Assembly: GCA_000165425.1 (NCBI GenBank)
Contig: CT868047.1
Coordinates: 62,001 to 126,000, forward strand
Reading direction: 5' to 3'
Length of the DNA: 64,000 bases
From: Paramecium tetraurelia
Taxonomy: Eukaryota
Part shown: in pieces, positions 1-12,545 of the stretch
Layout: each line of letters begins with the position of its first letter
How positions within the stretch are numbered: position 1 is the stretch's first letter
Position numbers and translations under genes: made by a program
The notes under the pieces: generated by a model
Told to the model about the DNA's origin: nothing
Databases searched by the model: none
What the model saw: the letters and a program-made list of their open reading frames with translations, nothing else

Positions 1-953
1 TTCCAGATGGAGGATATGGATAAATAATCAAGGAGTAAGGTAGGATAATAAGATTTAAGAGTATCAAAATCAAAATAGCAAACCTATTCATCATTATCTT
101 TACATTTGAATACAAGTAATTTGTTTTACATAAGATGATGAGAGATGATGCATTCTATTCGAATTTTGCCATCACTTACCTAACACTTAGAATTCTTATC
201 ATAATACTTTTGATTCAGTAAATTAAACTTTGGTAAATCCGTATATTGACTTTTATATCCAGGTGGTAAGGAAGCTTGTGGTTTGTAAATAAAGACTTCA
301 TCATCTCTTCTTTTCTTTTATTCCTTCTTCCTAATTACAGTTAACATCTCTTAAATGAATTCTTTTTCTGTTTTGTAATGGCCATATTTAAAGCTGCATT
401 CTGTATTTTGTAATGGATACTATTTTTGTAAATACTTCTATGATTCTATTTTGTAGTCATTCTTATAAGAAAGGAATTCTCTATCAGATTCACTCTTCCT
501 TGGTCGCCCTCTGCCTCTTCTTATGTAAAATTCATAATCTTCTTTATCATCATATCTATCTATAAAATGTGTTTGAATCGAAATGCTATCCTAATTTTTG
601 TAATGGTTAGTTTCTGGTAAGAGTTTATAATTCTATCCATTGGTTTGGCCTAGGAGAGCATATTTGTTTTCAGATGTGTATTTCCTATACACTTGACAAC
701 CTTTGTGCATGATGTGAACTCTAATTTTAATATGGCTATTTGCTTTGTAAATTTTAGTATGATAATTTTTATAATTTTGGCATCTTTCAAATCTGGTGAT
801 CAATTAATTCGAAATTCCCTCAAATGCAGTTTCTGGTTCCCAAGTTGATTCCTATTTTGAATATCCTACCCATTTAATATAGTATTCAAAGCTGTTTTGA
901 TATCTTTTGCCGTGAACAAATTCGACATCGAATTGTTATTATTGAAATTCCAT
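1..953 (-). CDS. Chromodomain + AT-hook protein with possible C-terminal chromo-shadow-like domain (3' end runs off window)
   Basis: TAR=Gln translation MEFQQQQFDVEFVHGKRYQNSFEYYIKWVGYSKQESTWEPETAF (chromodomain). In-frame RRGRGRPRK AT-hook at ~495-521. C-terminal ...YFDFDTLKSYYPTLLLDYLS. One continuous frame. Confidence 0.85.
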
Positions 954-1033
954 GTTGTAAATAGTTACTAAATGGTTCCTTTATTTCCATGATTATTTTA
1001 ATAAGAATAATTAATATATAATATATATATAGA

Positions 1034-3107
1034 TCATTTAGGTTTTTTATCCTTTTTGGGTGGGACTACTACTGAAGGTTTGTCTTCTTAAGCTCTTGAT
1101 TTGACTTGTTGTCTGACTTCATCCATATCTTTGCAATCTTCATCTGAACTGTCCTCCTCCTTATATACAAATTTGATGTTCGTTTCGCCATTCTCATTGA
1201 TTTCTTGAGAGATGTAACTCTACAATAGAGAGAAAGATTACCTTTGGATTGAGACAAATAAAATCTTCAACTTTGTTATATCTGGGATTAGTATTAATGG
1301 ACTCTTCATTAAGAAATTCCTAAGTTTTGGACAAGACAGTGAGCATTCTCTCAAGTCTCAGTTGAATGGTGGATGCAGTAGCAACCAAAGCATGTCTCTT
1401 AATTTCGATATTCTTGGGTTTCAGTCCCTTGCCACTCAATTGATACATGATTCTTGACAATGACATGGTGACTTCATCAATAGACTTTTCAACCTTTTTG
1501 ACTGACTTCTCCTTTTCTTAGAGTAGATCCTATTATTTGGTGACTTCTCTTTCTTATTCATCCAAATTGATTTAGGCATCCAAAATAGAATTCTCCTATT
1601 CATATTTCAATTTTTTGATTTCAGCCCTTAATTCCTCATTTTGTCTTTCATATCTTTCGATTTCCTTGCCTACATATTCTTAGATGTTTTTCAATTCCTG
1701 CTAATCTAAATCCATATTGAGTTTGTACTTCTGCATGTCTTCCTAACTAGCAATGCTGGTGACTACTCTCAATTTTTGAAACATTTATTTCTACATTATT
1801 CACATACTTACTTTCTTTTCCAATTCCTATTGAATATCATTTTTTTATTTATTGATATTTTGAGTGGCATTCTCAATAGCCAATTTAGCCTTATCCTTTT
1901 ATTCACCCTTCTTCTTCTTTTCATTCTCCTCCTTGATGGCAATGATCTTCTTCTCCCCCTATTACACAATTTCCAATGCTTATAGATCACCACATTTTGA
2001 TAATTCATCTTCTAAAATCTCTTCAAGCATGGGATCAAACCCTCTTTTAAGACTTGCACCAAAAAAGTTCTGTTAATTTTGAAATTCATTTCTATATTTT
2101 GAAACAATCTTTGACAAAGACTCCAATTGCTTCTTGCGACTCATCATACTCTACGAAGAAGCCTCATATTATTGGTATTTGATTTTCAATCCATCATAGG
2201 TGATTTAACATTGTTTTTGGACTTCCAATAGCAATTTTCCTTGATTTAATTATTCTAATTACTTCGCTTTCCAAACATATCCCTGAGTTTAGCAATTTCA
2301 TAGGCTTGCTTGGCCATCTTCTCCTCTTGCATTTATTCCTTCTGCATTAATTCCTCAATTGATTCTTTGACTTCAGTGTCATCATTTTGAATCGCCAAAT
2401 CGTTCAATAACTCATCCATCCTTCGACTCTTAATTATCATCTGCTTGATTTCATACAGCAACCTATCCTTATACAATCGCTATTTATTCAATTATTCCTC
2501 CTTTCTTTCCAAAGCTCCTTAGATTTTTGGCCTTGATTCCAAATTTTGTAAAGCTGTAACGATTCTTTTATTATATAAATCATGGCAAACTTTTTTATTG
2601 TTTCATTTCCAATGTGAGCATATAAATCTTTATAATGATTTTACACTAAATCCTCATACTCCTTCTTTATCTCCTCAATCTGTTACTACTGAGATTCCTG
2701 CAGAGGTTTGGGTTTCTGTGTCTTATCCTTATCCTTTTTCCCAGGTGCTACATTAAACACTACCACATACGTAGTAATTTAGTAGTTGCCTGTTGCAATG
2801 CATCTCGGAACAATTCAATCTTTTTTACTTTCGAAAGGGACTTCGGAGATTGCTGATGTCCTGGCTACGACGACTTTTGATTCACACTTTTAGAAGCATT
2901 CTGATTGTTCCCCAATTACGGCAGTTTTGAATTAGATGTTTAAGTCTTTTGTGGCTGTAACTGATTTAATCAATGCTTAATTACTTCCTTCTATCCTTTG
3001 TTGATTGTTTGCTCTGGTTGTTTCGAAACATTTATTTTCGGTTACACCAATGATACTGGTGCTGTGAGATCAAATGTAGAACCGCCTCCATCCATTAGTT
3101 ATGTCAT
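1034..3107 (-). CDS. Coiled-coil hypothetical protein, intron-containing
   Basis: Long E/K/Q-rich frame from MTQLMDGGGSTFDLTAP to ...PKKDKKPK-TGA. No family recognised with confidence. Confidence 0.6.
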
Positions 3108-3645
3108 TTATAATTAATACTAATTGAAATTTATTCAAATCCCTTACTTATCATTATAGGCAACCTTTAAGAAAAGAGTAACATGATTGATTACTCATTT
3201 AGAGTACAAAAATCATCATAATCTTGAAATACACTGTAAAATTACAATGAATTAAACTTATATTAGTTGATGTTCAAAAACACATAATAAAATTGAATCA
3301 TGAGGGATGGTTAATTCAAATTAAATAAGTCGATTTCAGAATGATTGATTTCTTAGACATGAAGAATAATTCTATGAGATTTATAAATTATTATGTTTTC
3401 TTAATGAAATACTATTTTGGAATAATATTTTTGGTAATCATTAGGATTATTGTTGATTTAATGAATAGATACCTGAAGAATGTAAAGAAATAGTCAATGA
3501 TTCTCTTTTGGAAATTTTATACAAAGAAGACTTTTAATTATTTAATTTAATCTATTTATATACTTTTTTAAAGTAGGTTGATGATCATGTTAAAATTGGA
3601 ATAAATGTTAATACTATTATTATTTTAATATAAAGGTAGAAATCT

Positions 3646-4816
3646 TCATTTAGGTTGTCCTAAATAAGCGAAAACAATGTCATTGATGTTATCCTCACTT
3701 CCATACATTTCTAAAAATTCCGTTGCTTATTCGAATGATATTTGTACACTTTCCATCAATTACAAGATTTTCTCATCCTTAATTTATTACAAATCCTTTT
3801 TCACTGTGATTACTAATGATATTTTTTTGCCAAAGAATTTGGTTTAATTCTACTCATCTTAATAAGTCAACTATTTCAATCAATGATGTATAATTACTTA
3901 AAATTCGTGTTTTAAATTCTAAACTTCTTTTTTTGGCATCTAATAAAGAAGTGAGAATTTAGCTGTTTATCCTGGATAGACATCATTTGTTAACTAATAC
4001 TTAAATTATTTAATTTACTTGGATTTTAACGTTTTTAAAAAGTCCATTAAGACCCACAAATGCTACTTGATTTCTTCTCCAAACTTAGTTACCTGTATTG
4101 AAAACTTCAAAATTCCATTCAAATTTTTCATTTGCTTTTTTGGTTATGATAAAGTCTTGTTGCTTTAATTCCATTTTATACTGTGGGTATTATTAAGCCT
4201 ATGAATTCTTAGGTTATAATATTCCATGATATTTCAATCTATTATCGATTCGTTAAATGATAAATTATTTAAACTCCTCAGAGTGATAATCGAATCCCAA
4301 AAACTCCTACTTTTCAATTTGTTTGATAATTCTAATTTATATATTCAATATACTCTTAGGCTAAATTAGTTTCAGGCTTATTTTCCTCAATTACAATTTA
4401 CTATTTCTAATCTGTGAATTGTTCTTGGTTTTGTTGTTTGGATTCTTGAAGGAAATTCATGACTGTAGATAGTTGGACATTGGATTGAGTGATTACACTC
4501 TGATTGAGTAAGGAAAGGTCGTCATTGGTTAGATTAGGATTGGTGGAATCCTTAACTAGAAATTTAATGGAAGTCCAATTCATCTGGGTGTAGATTTATT
4601 GGATTCTAAGCAAGGCTTCTTGGTCCTAAATTTTGAAGGGCTCCATTTCTATAAATATTTAAAAGTTTTACAGGGATGCAATGTGACATAGAGGTCGAAT
4701 CCTTTCTCTAGATGTTTCGGGTAGAGGTTTTGGATTGCGTTTTTGATAGTCTCTAGGGTTTTATGTGTTGTTGAGATTTTGTGGGTTTTGGTGTTATATA
4801 CTATTTTAATATTCAT
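3646..4816 (-). CDS. NBR1-like protein (PB1-like N-terminus, FW/Ig-like domain, UBA-like C-terminus)
   Basis: N-term MNIKIVYNTKTHKI...; middle EKFEWNFEVFNTGNQVWRR...DVYPGQTAKFSL resembles the NBR1 FW domain; C-term QLMESVQISFEQATEFLEMYGSEDNINDIVFAYL. Confidence 0.6.
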
Positions 4817-4926
4817 ATCAATTTAAATATTGATTAGTGCAATTTAATAATAAATATTGAAAATGTAGAATATATTGATGAAAATATTTATGCATATTAA
4901 GAAATGAAAAATATAAATATAAATAT

Positions 4927-7900
4927 ATGAATATTTCAAAAAGAATAATAAATTATTTTTGTGTTGTGGGAACAGGAAATAAATTAATCCCTCAGAATAC
5001 AGAGTTCTAAAAATGTACTAAATAACATTCTCAAACATAGAGCACACCTTGACATCTTTGGAAATATAGATAAGTCAATTGAGTGAGGACATCCCCATCA
5101 AGGATAACGAAAAATGGGTGGATCTCTGCGGCAACAAGCAAGTGTGGTTGAGGTGCATTTACGATCAGAATTCTTAACCAATCACATCTCTAACTATAAA
5201 AGAATTAAAAGTTGAAGACAATGAATTAGTATTTGAGTTTTATAATAATACAGAAAATACCATTAACAGAAGACATCTATCCTGTGCCAATCAAGCGTAA
5301 ATTCGATTAGCTCACACATCAATTCAAGGGAATCAATAATGGGTATTCCTTATATTAAGGATTTTATGACATCTCCCAATACACAGATCAATAATAAAAA
5401 AAAAATCATCATCTCGTCCTATGCTATAAGACCCAGAACTAAAACAACTATCAGCAACCAATTTGTGACATCCAAATGATATTGGCAGATAAAATTGATA
5501 AGAAGAAATACACGTCCTCATTCAGCGACATGAGACTAGTGATCCCTAAGGATTTTCATGCAATTCAATTTCCATTAAGCAACTTTCGCTTCATCATTTT
5601 CAAATAAAGTAAACCTACTAAACTATAAAATTTATTAAGAATAGTCCCCATTCAAAGTAGCTTACATGCCCAAAATAATTGATAGATATCCTCTAGTAGA
5701 TCATCATGAGAGTCCGTTATCTCACATGATAACTATGATCCCAATGGTAATTAATATAAGTGAAAATCTAGTTTTGTTTTCCGCAAGGCATATACGTTGA
5801 GAAAAGCGAGATAGATCCCATCTCTAAGGGTCAATAAATCTTCAACTTTGTATTGACATCAGAAACTGGAAAAAGGACATATTGTATATGTTTGATTTTT
5901 CATGAAATCATACCTGCAGATATAATGGAATAATTGGGACATATAGATAAACAATAGTTAATTTGCTATCCTAAATCATTGTGCTTACTGAGTTCGCATA
6001 ATTACCCTGAGTAGATGAGAGAACTGATCAAATATATTTACAGATGCTCACTCTCTAAAAACAACATCCCAATTGAGAGTACAATATGCAACATCATCAA
6101 TAAGATTAAATTCCCTCAGCAGATCTTTGAGTAAGAAAATATATGCTTGAAGTATGTATTGCCTTCCTATGATATCTGTTTTTACACCAATTACAAATAT
6201 CCAGTAGGATACAATGAGGCTTTGGAATGTCTGTTCAGATTATTGGATATAAACAGAATCATAAACATTTACAGTGCAATTCTATTGGAGAAGAAGATAC
6301 ATTTTATTTCAAATCACTTATCAGTGCCAGGACTGGTCATCGATGCATTTTTATAATTATTGTTCCCATTTCAATTCACGTCTATTTTGATTCCAGTCTT
6401 GCCTGATAGTTTGAGAGGGTATATTGAGGCTCCTGTGCCTTTCTTGATCGGATATAGCCAAAAGAACATAATAGAGCAGAATCAGCATACTTAGGTTGAC
6501 AGTTTGTATGTGTATTTGGATACTAATTTTATTGTGAATTGCGAAAATTTAACTGCTATACCTGAAAAAGCCTTAAAGAAACTAAAATCTAGTTTAAAGC
6601 CTTTCAATAATTTATTTAATGATGATTACTCGAAACAATACTTAAGAAGAGTAGATTAGGCTTATCATATTTATATGGATGATGACAATTACGATCCTGA
6701 ATTCAATAAAAACATAGATTGGTATTAAATAAGAAATGCATTTTTAGAATGTAACAGTATTCTAATGAAGCAATATAAAAAATACATTATTTCCAATTCA
6801 AATAATGAAGGTGATTTCACTGAGATCTTCTAGGTTCAGGGTTATTATGATCATTGGAAGAAGGATAAATTTATTTAATAATTCATGGAAACAAGAATAT
6901 TCCAGTATTTCATCTAAGAACGCATAAAGTTCAGTGAAAATGAATCACAATACCAATTCTTCGATAAATACATAGAGGGCAAGGATCAGAAACTGAAATT
7001 CATGCTCCCAAAATAAATAATCGAAATTTAAGTGCCTGATGAGGACTAACTCACAGACACCATTCATAAATATGACAAGTTTCCATAATTGAATCACGAT
7101 CTTATGAAGGATTTCTAAGTAGATGAATAGGAGATAAATCAAGAAATATTACAAGAAGACATTCCTTAATTGGATCAGTAGAAATGGTCAAAGTATTTGT
7201 TAGAAACCATGTACAAGATTTGGTTCTTAATTTTTATTGTCAACGTGAGGAATAATCAAGACAACAAGATATTCCAACAGATGACTGAAGTAGCAATCTT
7301 AGTCTTGGAGTACATGAGAGAAAAACATTTGAATTTGACTGAGAAACTATTTCGATATGTACTAGAATCATGTGGCTATTTTCAAATGGATTCAAAGGCT
7401 TTGTATTTAGTGAAGTTAATGAAAGAAATCAAATTGGAAGCATCCCCAGCAACTCATGGAGTCTATTTCTAAGCTGTAGCCCAAGCGATGAATCAAAAAG
7501 GATTGCCAAGTGATCAACAACAACCCTAGGAAATTCACCAAACAGATGTAGTCTTATTGTAAAGAAATGATGGATAAAATGCTTATACTAATTCAGTATA
7601 CTCTCTACATTCCAACTGTCCAAGTTGCAAGAGGAAATTGCATTTTGAAGAGATCCTAGATTCCTATAGAAAGAGTTACTATGAGAATACCATTGAGTGT
7701 TTGAAGATCAATTAGGGTTGTGGGTCCACTTTCATACCCAAAATACAAATCACATTCTATTAAGAGGAAAACCCAATTGAGGCCGAATTGTATGATATTT
7801 ACAATCCGATACAAATACTCAAGAATCTTGAGAACATTGTTAACATCAAAGGAGATGCTTTCTTGATGAGTGACTAATTCGAAAAACAGTATAAGAATTT

Positions 7901-8294
7901 ATATGTTAATGTCATATTTTATATCAGACTAGTGAAGTTGCCATATTGCCATTTGGTAAAATTGTAGGATACAAACGAACTGTAAAGCCAAGTTGATTAG
8001 ACAATGAAGATGTTGCAGATGAAGAAGTCAAAAACCATTTTCTAAAGAGTGGCTCAAGAATTTGATTAGTACAGAGGAAAGTTGTCTTAGCAAGGAGATT
8101 CATCGGGAAACTCAAGTTCAAAATTCAAGTAGGATGATTACAATACAGCATAAAACTATGGGAGCAAATATATGAAGAAAATGTTCTCATCTCTTATTAA
8201 TGATTAATTTTCACTCCAGAACAAACGACAAAGCTCAAGCAATTTCTAATCATTACAACAGTTTGATGAGACCAAAGCCGAAAGCCCAAAATGA
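4927..8294 (+). CDS. DENN-domain Rab GEF with DENND4-like architecture (MABP-like, DENN, PPR-like, C-terminal Cys motif)
   Basis: NYFCVVG start; LVLCYK...PICDI; FNFVLTSETGKRTYCICL; AILLEKKIHFIS; LFPFQF..ILIPVLP...YIEAPVPFLIG; PPR-like FRYVLESCGYFQMDSKALYLVKLMKE; CPSC...GCGSTFIPKI. Confidence 0.85.
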
Positions 8295-8328
8295 ACCTAT
8301 ATAATTTATTATTTAAATATGCTTATTT

Positions 8329-9014
8329 TCATGTCTTTCTATTGTGGAATAGGGGATGTTTAACTTGATTCAAACGTGATGAAATTTTGAAAGATTTTGA
8401 AGAATTTATACAAACTTAATTATTTGCGGAGAGTCTCCAAATTAAATGACAGATTAATAAAGGATGTTTTTCTAACATTAAGACACAATATTTATAGTTC
8501 AAGTTCAAGATTTTCAACACATGATTCTGTTTTTACGCAATGATTTGAGAAATTATATAGCTTATTAAGGAGATTTATTAGTTTATATTAGTTTTTTCTT
8601 TAATCTTTAATTTGTCCGTTCTTTTTTTCCATTTAATATGGATTTTATTATTTCTAATATGCTCATTATTTGTTGCTCCTTCTCATGTTTGCTCTGTCCT
8701 TCCAAGAGACTCATGCACTTTTTAGCCTTTAGTTGTAAATTAACTTCTAATGGAGTTTACAATTCATTATTCAGAATCAAAGTCTATTCCTTTTGTATGA
8801 TTGACGAGTCATCCTTTTGATCATTCACTTCGCTTAGCGAAACTATCTCGAAAGGCATGGGTTTATATTTCAAAGGGTTTTCGATCTATTGCGAAGTTAT
8901 TTAGGTTAATTTATTTTTGCTGATATATAATTATGGGAAGGTTCTGATGTATGATTATTGCTTTAATTAAATGATCGATTCCTTCAGACTGTAAAATCTA
9001 AGCGCATCCTCCAT
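8329..9014 (-). CDS. Hypothetical protein
   Basis: Frame MEDALRFYSLKESII... ending HPLFHNRKT-TGA in the ciliate code. Confidence 0.5.
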
Positions 9015-9165
9015 GTATTAATTATTATTAATTATTAAATCAACATGATTTTCATTATTTTACTAATAAATATTCAATCATCATAAAATAATCAAATTTT
9101 ATATGTTATTTCAATGAACATAGCATAATAATTTAATAAATCAAATATCTTTACAAATAATTATA

Positions 9166-10756
9166 ATGGATAATTAATTGTTGATCAAGAAGTAATGGCT
9201 TATTAAATCGAGACCTGAGAGGATCGAAGATATTTATGAATCTGATAAGAAAGTAAGGCTAACATATGAAAGTCTAGGAATTAGGTTCTGGAGCCTATGG
9301 CAGAGTCTTCAAGGCTAAACACAAGGAATTGGGATTGGAGAGAGCCATAAAGATGATTCCTAAAAAATTAATTGCAAGTCCAGATAGATTCAAAAGAGAA
9401 ATCGAAATTATGCAAAATTTAGTATTGAAATTTAGAATCAATATAGGATCATCCAAACATCATTAAACTATTTGAAAGCTTTGAGGATTAAAGGAATATC
9501 TATTTAGTCATGGAGTATGAATATATATCATTTATACTAAAGAATTTGTACTGGTGGAGAATTATTCGATACAATCATTGAGAAAGGCCATTTCACTGAA
9601 AAGGAAGCTTAACAAACATTCCTGTAAATAATGTAAGCAATTCACTATTGCCACACTCATGGAATATGTCATAGGGATCTTAAACCCGAAAACTTTTTAC
9701 TCCTTAGCAAATAACCAGATGCTCCAATTAAAGTCATTGATTTCGGACTTAGTGTGTTGTTCCATGATAGCCACTACAAAAATGTAGATGGAAAGACACA
9801 GATGAAATCAAAGGCAGGAACTGTATGACTATCAAACCTAAAATAGCCTTATTACATATCACCAGAAGTTCTAGATGGAAAATATGATGAACTCTGTGAT
9901 GTTTGGTCAGCCGGTGTTATTTTATACATTCTGCTGACAGGATTACCTCCCTTCAACGGTAGAACTGATGCAGAAATTTTGAAGGCTGTTAAGTCTGGCG
10001 TTTATAAATTGGATATTCCTCAATTAGAGGGAGTTTCAAATGACGTTAAGGATTTGATTTAAAAGATGTTAACCAAACCTGATCAAAGATTAACAGCTGG
10101 ACAAGTATTATAACATCCTTGGCTTACCTCAGTAGAAATCCCTCATTCCATATTAACTTTAGATTTCAAATCATTCAAAGGATTCAGTGCCAGCAACAAA
10201 TTAAAAAAAGTAAATTATACCTCCTAATCAGGTAACACTAACCTATATTGCATCCTAATTATCTGAAGTAGAAATCCAAGAATTAGGAAAGTTGTTTAAG
10301 GAATTAGATATAAATGGAGATGGCATTCTTACCTTGGAAGAAGTTAAAAAAGGGTTGCATAATTTCCAATAAGAGAGTTGGGGTGAAGTCATTTAAATTT
10401 TGAAAGCTATTGACACTGATTGCAATGGAGTCATTAATTATACTGGTAAAATCTATATTATTAATGAGATTAGAGTTTGTTGCTGCAACAATGGAGAGAA
10501 ATATGTATATGAAAAAGGAGAAATTATTGTAAGCTTTCAAGATGTTCGATGTTGATGGAAGTGGCAAAATTAGCAGTGAAGAATTAAAGAAATGTTTGGG
10601 AAGTATTATTTAATATATTTTACAGATAATGAAATTTATGGTTAATCTGATCCATAATTATGGCAAAATTTGATCAATGAAGCAGACTAGAATAAGGATG
10701 GAGAAATAGATTATCTTGAGTTTGTAGAGATGATGGACAAAGTTGATGCTAAATGA
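9166..10756 (+). CDS. Calcium-dependent protein kinase (CDPK; kinase + 4 EF-hands)
   Basis: [36 protein letters not shown]-hands DINGDG, DTDCNG, DVDGSG, DQNKDG. Several tiny introns, e.g. 9253-9277 (25 nt). Confidence 0.95.
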
Positions 10757-11821
10757 TTTATTATTGGTTCAAATCATATAAAATTAGTATTGTTATTAGT
10801 TATCAATAATATGATATAAGATCTATATGACAAAACCATTATCAATATTCCATACTATTTCATTAATTTTATGTAACTATTATTGGGGATGATCAAATAA
10901 TTAAACTTATAAATAATAAACAATTTTCAAAATCTTAAAATTCTCTAGAGAAATTCATAAAAAATCTCCTATACCTTTTTGAACTAATTTAATAATGGAA
11001 GTAGCTACTTTTGTATTTTGTTGTTCATTAGTAGTTAAAATAGTTTGAAGTATATTTGATAAGCATTTTGGTTATGTAAGTAAAGATAAATGGAAATCTT
11101 GTTTTAGTTTTGAATCTTTGATTAGATAATAGAAAAGTGGTTTTTTTAAGTGAAAAAAATTAAATATATTGTAATATTGATTCAGTGTCCACTTTGGAAT
11201 AATTTTATCCGTAATGTTTAATTTTAAAAAACATAAAGCTAATTTTTTTCAGTTAAATAATAAACTAAAAATTGATAGTAAACATAGTCTCTTTTGAATT
11301 ATAATAATAATTGGTATTTGTCTAATTGTTTTGCTTGATTGATGGAAATATCACTAAATTGACCTAGAAAATCTTATATAGGTTAAAAATGAAAAATTCT
11401 AAATGTATTCATTACACAAAGTGTTTCTAAGTAATATGATTAGTTTTCCTAAGATGAATATCAACTCTATTACTTCTGTTGTCCTACCTTTTGTAAAATT
11501 AATTTAATATATATAGGTATATTCTAATTTCAAAAATAATTGTGTTTCTATTTTAAACTTCGTTTTAATTTAACGAATCTATCATAATTATATGTTAATC
11601 TTGTGATTCATCTAGATACTTAAAAAAAGGCGAAACATTTGGCTATCAATAGCTAGGTCAAAATTAAGTAATTTTAATGTTTTGTTATTAAACCTTTATG
11701 TATTATATTCTAAATAATAATTTATAATATTCTCTAAAGATAATTTAATTTATATATAAATAATGAGATCTAAGCAATAATTTTATAATTATCATGTTAT
11801 TATATAATCATTATAATATGT

Positions 11822-12316
11822 TCAATAATTGGATTTTGAGGCTTAGATGAAATCTATTCTTCTCAACATTGAGCTAACTGTGTGTTCTAATTCTTGAATT
11901 TAGTGGTAATATTGGCCACTCAGATTTTAGATTTCTTTAGTACTCAATCCTGAGAGTGTTCGATTCACTTTAATTAAGTCAGCTGCATTCAAAGATGGTG
12001 TTTACAGCTTTCTTTACCTCATACTGTTTTGATCTTCTTTCCAAGTATTGGCGTCAAAAGAAACATAACTTTGTGATGTAGATCTGTCAAATTTCTTCCA
12101 ATCTGATAAGGATGCTAAGTGATGGTGTTATGATATGTCATGATCGACATGCAACTTCTTACTTTGTAATGGGCTCTAATTTAATGACATCAAATTTTTA
12201 TGATCCAAATGAAATGTTTTAGCAATTTATCTTTACTTATCTTCTGTTCCATCCATTTTAGCTTAAGCAGCTTTACGCACATAATTTCTAAACTCTTGCA
12301 ATTCTTAACGGTTCAT
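11822..12316 (-). CDS. Hypothetical 164-aa protein, divergent partner of the Ubl gene; 5' relics recur at ~31.9 kb and ~34.0 kb
   Basis: Intronless MNRQELQEFRNYVRKAAQAKMDGTEDK...ASKSNY-TGA. Confidence 0.7.
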
Positions 12317-12500
12317 ATTATTTGTATTTGTGTATGATAGATTGGAATGATTGTACATTTGAAGGATTTTATATAAAATAAAAATTTATTTATGAATAAA
12401 TATCTAAATATTGCTACTCCATTTAATGAGAAAGATTTAATAATATTATTTTTCAGAGACGTGAGTAGATATATCTATAGAAATAAAAAATTAATATATT

Positions 12501-12514
12501 CTACTCATATTTTG
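12501..12514 (+). promoter_or_regulatory. Candidate promoter motif TAYTCATATTTTG shared by three paralogous genes
   Basis: Same motif lies 20-31 nt before the ATGs at 12546, 31983 (31950-31962) and 34223 (34181-34193). Confidence 0.45.
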
Positions 12515-12545
12515 ATATCTTAGATTACAATATTAATAAATTAAT

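Noticed and set aside
3150..3600. Coding-like plus-strand stretch
   Set aside because: Could not build a consistent start, intron and stop model or recognise a family.
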